NCBI GenBank assembly: GCA_014727925.1
Contig: WJMN01000025.1
Coordinates: forward strand, 2,575 to 66,574
Direction of reading: 5' to 3'
Origin: Candidatus Micrarchaeota archaeon
GTDB taxonomy: Archaea; Micrarchaeota; Micrarchaeia; Anstonellales; Bilamarchaeaceae
DNA length: 64,000 nucleotides
Of this stretch, positions 35,137-43,779 are shown piece by piece. Both the position numbers and the translations under genes were made by a program. Position 1 is the stretch's first letter, and each line of letters starts with the position of its first letter. Under the pieces are notes generated by a model that ran no database searches, was not told where the DNA came from, and worked only from the letters and a program-made list of their open reading frames with translations.

Positions 35137-36150
35137 TTGGGAACTTCGGAAAAAGGCAAATGCTCTTTTTCTCCTGAAGTTACTGAAGAATTTTTGAAAA
35201 AGCAGTATGGGATTGTGGGGGGCCATTCTGCGGTGCAGGTTTGCGGATGGACAAAAAGGATTATGCGGGAGAAGGGGGCATGCTACAAGCAGAAATTCTA
35301 TGGGGCTGACTGCGCCTCCTGTGCACAGATGAGCCCTGCGGCTGCGTGGTGCTCGCAGAACTGCATCTTTTGCTGGAGGCCTATGGAATGGATGGATTTT
35401 CGGCAAATGGAAGAAAAGGATGTGGACTCACCTGAAGAAATAATTCATGAGACTGTTGCTGCAAAGAGGAAGCTTATTTCCGGGCTTGGGGGTGCAGATG
35501 ATATTGATGAGAGGCTGTTTAGGAGAGTGCTGGAAGCTTTTCCTGCGCACTGGGCAATCAGTTTGAGTGGGGAGCCTACGCTTTACCCGCGGCTGCCGGA
35601 GCTTATCCTGCTGCTCAAGAAAAATCCGGAAGTAAAAACAGTATTTCTGGTCACCAACGGGCAGGAGCCGGAAATGCTTTTGAGGCTGAAAAGAGAGGAG
35701 GCTTTGCCTACACAGCTTTACATCTCAGTGGATGCTGCAGAACCCGAAACATTTGGGAGAGTGAATGTGCCGGTTTATTCTGAGGGGTGGGAGCGGCTAA
35801 ATAGGACGCTTGAAATGGTTGCGGATTTTCCCTGCAGGAGGGTTTTGCGATTTACAGTGATAAAGGGGGTTAATGATTTGGAAGGAATGTTGCCGCTTTA
35901 TGGGAAGATGTTTGAAAACAGCGGGGCGGACTTTATTGAGGTGAAGGCGTACATGCACCTTGGCTATTCAAGAAAGAGGCTGGATGCAGAAAACATGCCT
36001 TCTCATGATTATGTGAAGGAATTGTGCGGGAAGCTGCTGGAATTTTTACCGAAGTATTCTTTTGAAGATGAAGATGAAAAATCCAGGATTGTGCTTCTTA
36101 AGAACAAAGATTCTAAATATAAGAATATTATAAAGAGCGTTGAGGGGTAA
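35137..36150 (+). CDS. taw1: tRNA 4-demethylwyosine synthase Taw1/TYW1 (radical SAM)
   Basis: HSAVQVCGWTK, then CAQMSPAAAWCSQNCIFCWRP and GEPTLYP. TTG start 5 nt after GGAGGCGG. Confidence 0.85.
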   Translation: MGTSEKGKCSFSPEVTEEFLKKQYGIVGGHSAVQVCGWTKRIMREKGACYKQKFYGADCASCAQMSPAAAWCSQNCIFCWRPMEWMDFRQMEEKDVDSPEEIIHETVAAKRKLISGLGGADDIDERLFRRVLEAFPAHWAISLSGEPTLYPRLPELILLLKKNPEVKTVFLVTNGQEPEMLLRLKREEALPTQLYISVDAAEPETFGRVNVPVYSEGWERLNRTLEMVADFPCRRVLRFTVIKGVNDLEGMLPLYGKMFENSGADFIEVKAYMHLGYSRKRLDAENMPSHDYVKELCGKLLEFLPKYSFEDEDEKSRIVLLKNKDSKYKNIIKSVEG

Positions 36151-36184
36151 CTATTTATAAACACTTAATCTCATAAGTAAACAC

Positions 36185-36934
36185 ATGAAAAAGCAGGTCC
36201 GCAGAACCAGGCTTAGTTCCCCAGGTCATGAAAAGAAAACCCCTGGAAAGGCAGTGAAAAGAAACTGGTTCTCAAGGCACCCCCTCCTGAGTGGGGCAGT
36301 GCTGGCTGCAGGAATTGGTGCGGCTGCAATTTTTTCAGGAAAAAACGAGGCAGGAGAAGAGAAAGGATCACAAAAAGAGGCAAAAAGCCCCTGTGAAAAT
36401 GCAAAAGAGAAAAAAGAACGGCGAATCCGGGAAACCCTGGCCAGGATAGAGCACATTGTGGCATTCCAGAAAAAAATTATGGATGGGGGCTGGAAAAAAA
36501 GGTGGAGAGAGCAGGAAAAAGAAAGGCGACAAATGGGGGAAGAGGAATTCAGGGGGGCGCTTTTTGGAAAAACGAAGCAGGAACTTACAGAAATGCTTGT
36601 TGCACAGAATAGAATCATAGGGGAGCTCAGAGAAGAGAGCGCAGGCGGGGATGAAATCTGGCATGAGAGGAACAAGCAGATGATTATACAGAGAATGCTT
36701 GATGATATGGAAATCGCGGAGCGTGGGCTCCTCAAAAAAAGCATAGATGAGCTTGAATCCCTCCTAAGTGAGCTTGATGAGGCAATCATAGAGGGAGAGG
36801 AGAACATCAGGAACCTAGATGGGTACCTGCAGGCTATGGAAGAGAGAGCACTTGTTGCAAAGGCACTGGAGGAAAAAAGGGTGTGGGGAGAAATAATTTA
36901 CCCTTCAACAATCTGGAAGGAAGCGCGGGATTAG
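36185..36934 (+). CDS. hypothetical single-pass membrane protein with a charged coiled-coil region
   Basis: Basic N-terminus, TM segment LLSGAVLAAGIGAAAIF, then a long Glu/Lys/Arg-rich helical region. No family recognised. Confidence 0.5.
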   Translation: MKKQVRRTRLSSPGHEKKTPGKAVKRNWFSRHPLLSGAVLAAGIGAAAIFSGKNEAGEEKGSQKEAKSPCENAKEKKERRIRETLARIEHIVAFQKKIMDGGWKKRWREQEKERRQMGEEEFRGALFGKTKQELTEMLVAQNRIIGELREESAGGDEIWHERNKQMIIQRMLDDMEIAERGLLKKSIDELESLLSELDEAIIEGEENIRNLDGYLQAMEERALVAKALEEKRVWGEIIYPSTIWKEARD

Positions 36935-38007
36935 GAGGTAACTTCCTTTAGCCTGTTTTCCTTTTCTGCTTCTTTTATTTCCATTGCTAGCCTGTGCCCG
37001 AAGCTCACCGGCTCCCTGTACAGGTAGGAAGAATAGGGTGTAAATCGGGTGCCAGGGGAGCCGGGCATGCGGAAAGAAACATCAAAAACTACGAAGCGTT
37101 CCTTGCCGTCTTTTTCCTCAATTGCGCCCTGGAGCGCAAATGGGCCGATGAGGCCCTGGGGATAAAACTTCTTTACTGTTTCAACAAAGCGCTCTCCTGC
37201 TTCTATTCCCTTCTGGAGCAGGGACTCGCGCATGGTGGATGCAATATGGCCTGCCTCTATTGTAGTGAAGCGCTTGTGCTTGAGGACCTCGGTCTGCTGG
37301 GGAGCAGGAAGGCGAAGGAGGCCGTCCAGGTTCGTCTGGCGGCGGCAGTCTATCCCAAGTAGCTCAAGCTCATTGTGGAGCGGAGAATAGAAAAAGTTGA
37401 AATTGAACTGGGCACCCAGAATGAACTCTTCAATGCGGGATGCCTGGAGGTCTTCCTCTTTTATTATGCCTTCCTTGAGGAGCTTTGTGCTTTTTTCTTC
37501 GTATTCTTTTGGGGAAGCGACGAAGAAGAAGGCACGCTCATAAGAGCGCTTTGCATCCTGCACCTTTACAAGGGAAAGTGCATCAATTGAATCAGGGGTA
37601 AAAGTGCGGGCAGTATTTACATCTGCAGCTTCAAGCAGGTCGTACTGGTTGTTTTTTGCGGTGCGCTCCTCTGCACGGAGAAGGTATTTATTTCCGAAAA
37701 TGGGGGCTTTGAACTTGTTTTCAATATTGTCGTAGCCTACATAGACAGAGAAGGAGCGGTTTGGGATGAATACTGAATCCTTTAGCTGGTCCTGGACTTC
37801 GGGCTTGACCATGTCCGTGAATTCATCTACAAGGATTACATCATCCACGACTCCGAGTTCCCGGGAGCCGCGCTTGCGGGTTTTGTAGTGCTTTGAGTAG
37901 GTACTCTCCCTACCTCTCTTGCAGATGACCAGGGACTTGTAGCCTTCGGCTTTTGCCCCTTCAGAAACATCCAGTGCGGAATGGCTTCCCAGTGTTGAAA
38001 TAAACAT
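36931..38007 (-). CDS. PurP-family ATP-grasp enzyme, paralog 2 (divergent)
   Basis: FISTLGSHSALDVSEGAKAEGY, PIFGNKYLLR, IEEFILGAQFNFNFFYSP, GPFALQG and FDVSFRMPGSPG. The ATG at 38007 lies 5 nt after AAGGTGA. Confidence 0.85.
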   Translation of the reverse strand: MFISTLGSHSALDVSEGAKAEGYKSLVICKRGRESTYSKHYKTRKRGSRELGVVDDVILVDEFTDMVKPEVQDQLKDSVFIPNRSFSVYVGYDNIENKFKAPIFGNKYLLRAEERTAKNNQYDLLEAADVNTARTFTPDSIDALSLVKVQDAKRSYERAFFFVASPKEYEEKSTKLLKEGIIKEEDLQASRIEEFILGAQFNFNFFYSPLHNELELLGIDCRRQTNLDGLLRLPAPQQTEVLKHKRFTTIEAGHIASTMRESLLQKGIEAGERFVETVKKFYPQGLIGPFALQGAIEEKDGKERFVVFDVSFRMPGSPGTRFTPYSSYLYREPVSFGHRLAMEIKEAEKENRLKEVTS

Positions 38008-38059
38008 ATTGCTCACCTTGCATTAATCTAAATAATTAGGAATAAAAGGGTTGGTAAGT

Positions 38060-38079
38060 TTTGTAACCATGGTTACAAA
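38060..38079. terminator. perfect 20-nt palindrome between the cca stop and the purP2 promoter (terminator or operator candidate)
   Basis: TTTGTAACCATGGTTACAAA starts 3 nt after the cca stop. On the minus strand it is followed by ..CCCTTTTATTCC. Confidence 0.4.
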
Positions 38080-38081
38080 CC

Positions 38082-39398
38082 TCAACGCGGCACCCAGTTA
38101 ACCATGAAGTGTTCTTCAAGCGCAAGAGGATAATCCTCAATGATTGAATCAACTGCAAAAAACTTCGCTTTTTGGGCAAGATGCTGGAAATGGGAGGGAA
38201 AATTCTTCCCCTTCCTGAATCTATCTATTGCAAGGGATATGTCCCGGAGCTTGCGGTCTTCCATTGCATTTATTCTCCCATGCTCAAAAAAGAAGGGGGG
38301 GGTGTGCTTCTTTATGAAATGTGAGATGTGTTGGTGCTGGTCCAGGAATGGCCCCCTAAATACCTGTGTTTTGGGAAGTACAGGCGAGCGCAGTTCAAAA
38401 AGCAAGAGGCATGATGACTCTGTTGCATACGGGTGTACTCCCAGCACAACAAACTCTGCCTTCTTAAGGAAAGATTCCAGCCTTCCCGCAACCCGCCACA
38501 GCTGCCCCCACATCACATCATCAACCACGTCCGGCCTTTCAAAACACAGCGCAAAGAAAAATCTTCCTTCTGTTTTTTCCCTGAGCTCTTCCCTGTCCAT
38601 TGAGGCGGGAAAGAAATACTTTTCCGATGGATTACCAATGTAGCTGGAAGAAAGGAGGATGAAGCGGCCCAGGTTATCGCGAGTAATTACAGCAGAAACG
38701 TTGCGGGTAAGGTCAACAGGGTCTATAACTGTGAGGGGGGCCTTGAAATCCGGGATTGCCCTGGAGGGCCCATAGTGCTTTTCCGGGTCCAGGGCAACAG
38801 GGAGCTTCCATTCTGATGCTGCTTCCATAACCTTTTCAAAATCCCCGTAATGCAGGACCAGGAGCTCGCAGAGGTAGCCGGAAAACCCCTTCCTCTTTAT
38901 TTCTGCTCCGTAAAGCAGGTTAGCTTTCAGGAACTGTTTCAGGAGAAGTACTTCCCTGCGCTGGGCAGGTTTCATCTTGCCTAGGATGTATTCTGTATGC
39001 AGCTGTGAGCGGTCCACTGAAGACTTTACCCTTCCGCCCGGCTTCATTTTATAGGAAGGGACAAGGTCAATGCGCTTTCCGCCAAGAAAGAGGCGGAGGT
39101 AGGGGTGCTCTGCATACCCTGTTTCCCTTGGGGCATTAGGAAACGCTTTTTTGGCTGCATTCTCCAGCTTTTTGAACATCCCTTCTTTTGTGTAGGACTT
39201 TGGGAAAACCGCAAAAAGGTCTATGTCCCCTGCCCCCTCAAGGAAGGTGCCTTTTGCAACTGAGCCGGCAAGTGCGGTTTTCACATTCCCTGGCAGGTGC
39301 CTCTCCAAGGAGTTCTGGGTGTCTCTTGCAATTTTCCTTGCACTGGCAGTCTCCGAACGGGAGGGGGCAATCTTAGCCAGCACCTTCGTTTTGTCCAT
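38082..39398 (-). CDS. cca: CCA-adding tRNA nucleotidyltransferase, archaeal class I
   Basis: GSVAKGTFLEGAGDIDLFAVFPK catalytic motif, at the archaeal CCA enzyme length. Confidence 0.9.
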   Translation of the reverse strand: MDKTKVLAKIAPSRSETASARKIARDTQNSLERHLPGNVKTALAGSVAKGTFLEGAGDIDLFAVFPKSYTKEGMFKKLENAAKKAFPNAPRETGYAEHPYLRLFLGGKRIDLVPSYKMKPGGRVKSSVDRSQLHTEYILGKMKPAQRREVLLLKQFLKANLLYGAEIKRKGFSGYLCELLVLHYGDFEKVMEAASEWKLPVALDPEKHYGPSRAIPDFKAPLTVIDPVDLTRNVSAVITRDNLGRFILLSSSYIGNPSEKYFFPASMDREELREKTEGRFFFALCFERPDVVDDVMWGQLWRVAGRLESFLKKAEFVVLGVHPYATESSCLLLFELRSPVLPKTQVFRGPFLDQHQHISHFIKKHTPPFFFEHGRINAMEDRKLRDISLAIDRFRKGKNFPSHFQHLAQKAKFFAVDSIIEDYPLALEEHFMVNWVPR

Positions 39399-39533
39399 CC
39401 TGCTAGGTTGAACGGTACCAAAATTTAAATGCTTTAATCAGGGCAAAAACCAGGGAACAGGAGTGTTCCTCAAAAAGCCCAAAAGATATGGGTGTTTTTA
39501 CGACGGTGTGCTTTTGGGGCGGGCAGACAAAGG

Positions 39534-39541
39534 TTTATAAG
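39534..39541 (+). promoter_or_regulatory. TATA-box candidate for the 39563 gene
   Basis: TTTATAAG is centred about 26 nt upstream of the ATG at 39563. Confidence 0.45.
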
Positions 39542-39562
39542 CTAAATCTTCTAAATTTTGAC

Positions 39563-41851
39563 ATGCGATGGCTGACTATATTTCTTTTGTTCTCCCTTCT
39601 GTTTTACGGATGTGTTGAAGAGAGGCAGGTAAGCATAACCGGATATGAAAAAATTCAAAGTATTTCAGGAGAAGACATAAGCGGTGATGGGACAGCAGAG
39701 ATAAAAACATACGAATACAGCCCGGAATCTATAGACAAGGAACTGGGCATCTATATGCAGAAGATGGTAATAACATACCCTGTGTCCTTTGATGTGGGAA
39801 TAACAGGATACCTGCCCATAACAGACATGGACCTCTCGGAAATCAAGCAGGATGTAGCGGAATTCCAGGAAAAAAGAAAGGAGGGTGAATCTGCTTGCGC
39901 TGCCGCCCTGAACCTGGATGCAGATGAATGCCTGGATGAGGAATCCTGCCTTTCATCCTGCAGTAGCCAGGCATGCGAAAACACAAAAAAATACAACGAA
40001 GAGGCGCTGGGCAGAGAAATCTATCTTTTCAACCACTATGGGGACGAACTGGACAGGGTTGCAGATGAAATAAATGAAATTGACTCGGTTGCAACGCAGG
40101 AGGAAAAGGACGTTCTTGCAGGGAAACTGAGCACGATGATTGCCCTCTCCGGTGCAATAAAGTCAAGCCTGCTCTTCAGTGATGATGGTTTTGGCGCCTG
40201 TGCCCAGCCCCAGTACAACATATCGATGATAAGGGAGGGGCTCTCAAAAATAGGGGATGTGGAAATGTCTCCTGCCCAGTATGATTACAAAGTCCTGATT
40301 TTCATAAAAGACGGGAAAACCGAGGATGTTGTGGAGCTTTACATAAAAGACAGCCCGCCTGCCCTTGTTTCAGTTGAGCCGTTTTCCCTTGAGGTCCTAG
40401 GAAACGGCAAGACGTATGAGCAGGAGCCGCTCACAGTAGGATGGGACAAGGTAGAGGCAGATTTCCCGGGAAAATTCTTATATTACAGCTTTAGCTCCGA
40501 AACTGCCCCGGATGAATCGGTAATGGGAAAATGGAAATACCCCGGGGTGCGGGAGAGAAAACTTTCCGCGATAAAATACTTCAACGAGTTCTATGAAAAC
40601 CCAATAGGGAACTTTATGTTCTCTTTTTCTGCAGGGGTGTTTTCCCTTTTCCTTTTCCTAGGCTATTACCCTGCAATCGGGGCAGCCATTTCAGTATGGC
40701 TGGTCCTCTTTTTCCTGGCAATGCTGGCCCTAGAAACAATATACCACATAGTAAAGGCAGGTGTTGACCGGAGGGATTCAAAAGAGGCCCTGCTTGATGC
40801 TTATGGCGCCCCAATGTCAGACTGGAGAATATATGCGGGGGTGGGTTTTGCCCTGGTAATGCTTGCAGTATTGGCAAACATGTTCTATACTGCCCCTGTT
40901 GAATCACAGGCATTTGAAGCAGAGAACCTTATGGCCACAATAGGCTCGGATTTTGCAGGTGCGATAGTAATCCTTATTTTTATAATCGGGGTTTATACCA
41001 TATTCCTTGTAGTTGAGGATGTTCTAAAGGGGCTCATGACCGGCAGCGACTACTATGCGCTCAGGGGAGCCACAAAAGAGGAAAACATGGAAGGGCTTGC
41101 AGAGCTCAGGGAGCACTGGCAGGCCCTGAAAATGAGGGTGGAGGACCTTTCCAAAACCGGGATGAAAGTCAGAGATGAGTACGCAATGATTGTGTCTGTT
41201 CCCATTGAAAGGCTAGAGCAGATGATTGCATCAGGAAAGCAGGGAATGGCAAAACAGCTCATACGCTTCAACAGAGGGAGGATGGAGACCCTAGAGAAAC
41301 GGCTTGACGAGAAAGTGGAAATAATGGAGGAAAAATGGCCGGAATGGGAGGGGGAGCTTGCCCATGCCCTCTCAGGAAACGAAAAAGTGCCTATGAACAC
41401 CCTGCTGTTTATTCCAATGCAGTGGAGAGAATGGGCAGTTGAAAAATACATAAGCGAACACCGCAAGAAAGGATATGTTCTGGAAGGAGACGTGATTATC
41501 AAGAGGGAAATAGAGGTAGACAAAATCCTGGAAAAGAAACTGCGGGAGATGCTGAAAAAGAAGAGCGTAAAGCAGGCCATCCTCCTTTCAGAAGATGTTG
41601 AAGCTTACAATTCTTTTCCGAAAGGGAAGAAATCTGTTGCTAACGTGCTTTTCCTAAAGCTTCAGGAGCATATCAGGGTGCTCTCAAAAAAGATGGGGGC
41701 ATCCCAGGTAAAGCGGTTCATGATTTCAGGAGAAAAGAATGCCGCGGTGTACCTAGAATACAAAAACCACCAGGCCCTGGTGGTATCCGACCGGGCGAAG
41801 GTAAAGGATGTTATCGGGGAATGGGAAGATACCATTGAAGACCTTGAATAA
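39563..41851 (+). CDS. large multi-domain membrane protein: lipoprotein-like ectodomain, ~4 TM segments, cytoplasmic coiled coil and a Roadblock/LC7-like C-terminus (tentative)
   Basis: MRWLTIFLLFSLLFYGC signal. TM cluster around FSAGVFSLFLFLGYYPAIGAAISVWLVLFFLAMLAL and AGAIVILIFIIGVYTIFLVV. The C-terminus is VKQAILLSEDVEAY...VKRFMISGEKNAAVYLEYKNHQALVV. Confidence 0.6.
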   Translation: MRWLTIFLLFSLLFYGCVEERQVSITGYEKIQSISGEDISGDGTAEIKTYEYSPESIDKELGIYMQKMVITYPVSFDVGITGYLPITDMDLSEIKQDVAEFQEKRKEGESACAAALNLDADECLDEESCLSSCSSQACENTKKYNEEALGREIYLFNHYGDELDRVADEINEIDSVATQEEKDVLAGKLSTMIALSGAIKSSLLFSDDGFGACAQPQYNISMIREGLSKIGDVEMSPAQYDYKVLIFIKDGKTEDVVELYIKDSPPALVSVEPFSLEVLGNGKTYEQEPLTVGWDKVEADFPGKFLYYSFSSETAPDESVMGKWKYPGVRERKLSAIKYFNEFYENPIGNFMFSFSAGVFSLFLFLGYYPAIGAAISVWLVLFFLAMLALETIYHIVKAGVDRRDSKEALLDAYGAPMSDWRIYAGVGFALVMLAVLANMFYTAPVESQAFEAENLMATIGSDFAGAIVILIFIIGVYTIFLVVEDVLKGLMTGSDYYALRGATKEENMEGLAELREHWQALKMRVEDLSKTGMKVRDEYAMIVSVPIERLEQMIASGKQGMAKQLIRFNRGRMETLEKRLDEKVEIMEEKWPEWEGELAHALSGNEKVPMNTLLFIPMQWREWAVEKYISEHRKKGYVLEGDVIIKREIEVDKILEKKLREMLKKKSVKQAILLSEDVEAYNSFPKGKKSVANVLFLKLQEHIRVLSKKMGASQVKRFMISGEKNAAVYLEYKNHQALVVSDRAKVKDVIGEWEDTIEDLE

Positions 41852-41889
41852 GACGATGTAGAAAGCAAAAACATAGGGAGTGAGTAAAA

Positions 41890-43770
41890 ATGTCTGAAGA
41901 ATATAGTGCAGAATCAATCAGAGTGCTTGAAGGGCTTGAGGGAGTCCGCAGAAGACCCGCAATGTACATCGGGGACACTTCAAAGAGAGGGCTCCACCAC
42001 CTGATATTTGAAGTGGTTGACAACAGCATAGATGAAGCGCTTGCAGGCTACTGCAAGAACATAGAAGTAATTCTTGAGAAGGATGGTTCGGTAATGATAA
42101 GGGATGACGGAAGGGGAATCCCGGTTGAAACACACAGCAAGACCGGCAAATCCGCGCTTGAGCTTGTTACAACTGTTTTGCATGCAGGCGGAAAATTTGA
42201 GAAAAAGGCATATCAGGTAAGCGGGGGGCTTCACGGGGTAGGCATGTCCGTTGTGAATGCACTCAGCGAATGGATGGAAGCAGAAGTCCACAGGAATGGA
42301 AAAATCCACAAACAGAAATACGGCCTGGGCAAGCCAACAACCCCTGTGGAAATAACAGGGGGAACAGGATACACTGGGACGATAATCAGGTTCAAGCCGG
42401 ATATGAGCATATTCACCGGGGAACTCAGCTTCAACTACCTAGAAGAAAGAATGAGGGAGCTTGCATTCCTTAACGCAGGACTGAAAATAACCCTCAGGGA
42501 TGCAACATCAGGGCAGGAGGAAACATTCCAGTTTGAGGGGGGGCTGAAGACTTTCGTGGAATATATGAACAAATCCAGGAAACCCATACAGGAAACATTC
42601 AGATATTCCAAAAAAGAAAAGGAGGTTGATGTTGAGTATGCAATTCAGTACACAGAAAACTTTACACCGGTTGTGCACTCTTTTGTAAACAACATAAATA
42701 CAGTTGAAGGGGGGACCCACCTGGTGGGGTTCAGGATAGCACTTACCCGCGCAATAAATGAATACCTGAAGGGAAACAAGGCGCTTAAGGGAAGGAGAAT
42801 AAGTGGGGATGACGTGATGGAAGGGCTTACTGCAATATTAAGCGTAAAAGTCATGGAGCCGCAGTTTGAGGGGCAGACAAAAACAAAGCTGGGCAATGCG
42901 GAAGTGAAGGGGATAACCTCCCATATTGTTTATGAAAGCCTCATGCAATACCTTGCAGAAAATCCGGGGGACGCAAGAAAAATAGGTGAAAAGGTAATCG
43001 GGGCAATGAATGCAAGGGAAGCTGCGCAGAAGGCAAAGGAGGTAATAAGAAGGAAAAGCATTTTTGAGAGCACTGTGCTTCCAGGCAAGCTTGCTGATTG
43101 CATGGAAAAGAACCCGGAAAAGGCAGAGCTGTTTATTGTGGAAGGGGATTCTGCAGGCGGGAGTGCAAAACAGGGCAGGGACCGCAAAACCCAGGCCGTC
43201 CTGCCCCTCAGGGGAAAAATACTGAACGTGGAAAAGGCCCAGATACACAAAATACTAAAAAACGAGGAGATACGTGCACTCATAACCAGCCTGGGAACGG
43301 GTTTCGGAGAAGACTTTGAGTTGGCAAAACTGCGCTACCACAAGATAATAATAATGACGGATGCGGATGTGGATGGCAGCCATATCCGGACACTCCTTCT
43401 TACGCTGTTCTACAGGTATTTCCGGGAAGTTGTTGAAGGGGGGTACCTCTACATTGCCCAGCCCCCTCTTTTCCGGGTAAAGAAGGGAAAGCGTTCAGAA
43501 TACGCATACACACAACCGGAGCTTGCAAAGCTGGTGGGGGAGATGGGCGAGAGTGCCCACGTTTCAAGGTACAAGGGGCTTGGTGAAATGAACCCAAAGC
43601 AGCTCTGGGAAACTACCCTGGACCCCGAGCACAGGGCAATGAAGCAGGTGAAGATACAGGACGCAATGCTTGCAGATGAGCTTTTTACTACCCTGATGGG
43701 GGATACGGTGGAGCCGAGAAGAAAATTCATAGAAAAGCATGCCCTTGAGGTGGAAAACCTGGATGTGTAG
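41890..43770 (+). CDS. gyrB: DNA gyrase subunit B
   Basis: VLEGLEGVRRRPAMYIGDT, HLIFEVVDNSIDEA, GGLHGVG, EGDSAGGSAKQGRDR and PLRGKILNVE. Confidence 0.97.
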   Translation: MSEEYSAESIRVLEGLEGVRRRPAMYIGDTSKRGLHHLIFEVVDNSIDEALAGYCKNIEVILEKDGSVMIRDDGRGIPVETHSKTGKSALELVTTVLHAGGKFEKKAYQVSGGLHGVGMSVVNALSEWMEAEVHRNGKIHKQKYGLGKPTTPVEITGGTGYTGTIIRFKPDMSIFTGELSFNYLEERMRELAFLNAGLKITLRDATSGQEETFQFEGGLKTFVEYMNKSRKPIQETFRYSKKEKEVDVEYAIQYTENFTPVVHSFVNNINTVEGGTHLVGFRIALTRAINEYLKGNKALKGRRISGDDVMEGLTAILSVKVMEPQFEGQTKTKLGNAEVKGITSHIVYESLMQYLAENPGDARKIGEKVIGAMNAREAAQKAKEVIRRKSIFESTVLPGKLADCMEKNPEKAELFIVEGDSAGGSAKQGRDRKTQAVLPLRGKILNVEKAQIHKILKNEEIRALITSLGTGFGEDFELAKLRYHKIIIMTDADVDGSHIRTLLLTLFYRYFREVVEGGYLYIAQPPLFRVKKGKRSEYAYTQPELAKLVGEMGESAHVSRYKGLGEMNPKQLWETTLDPEHRAMKQVKIQDAMLADELFTTLMGDTVEPRRKFIEKHALEVENLDV

Positions 43771-43779
43771 GTGATTCCC

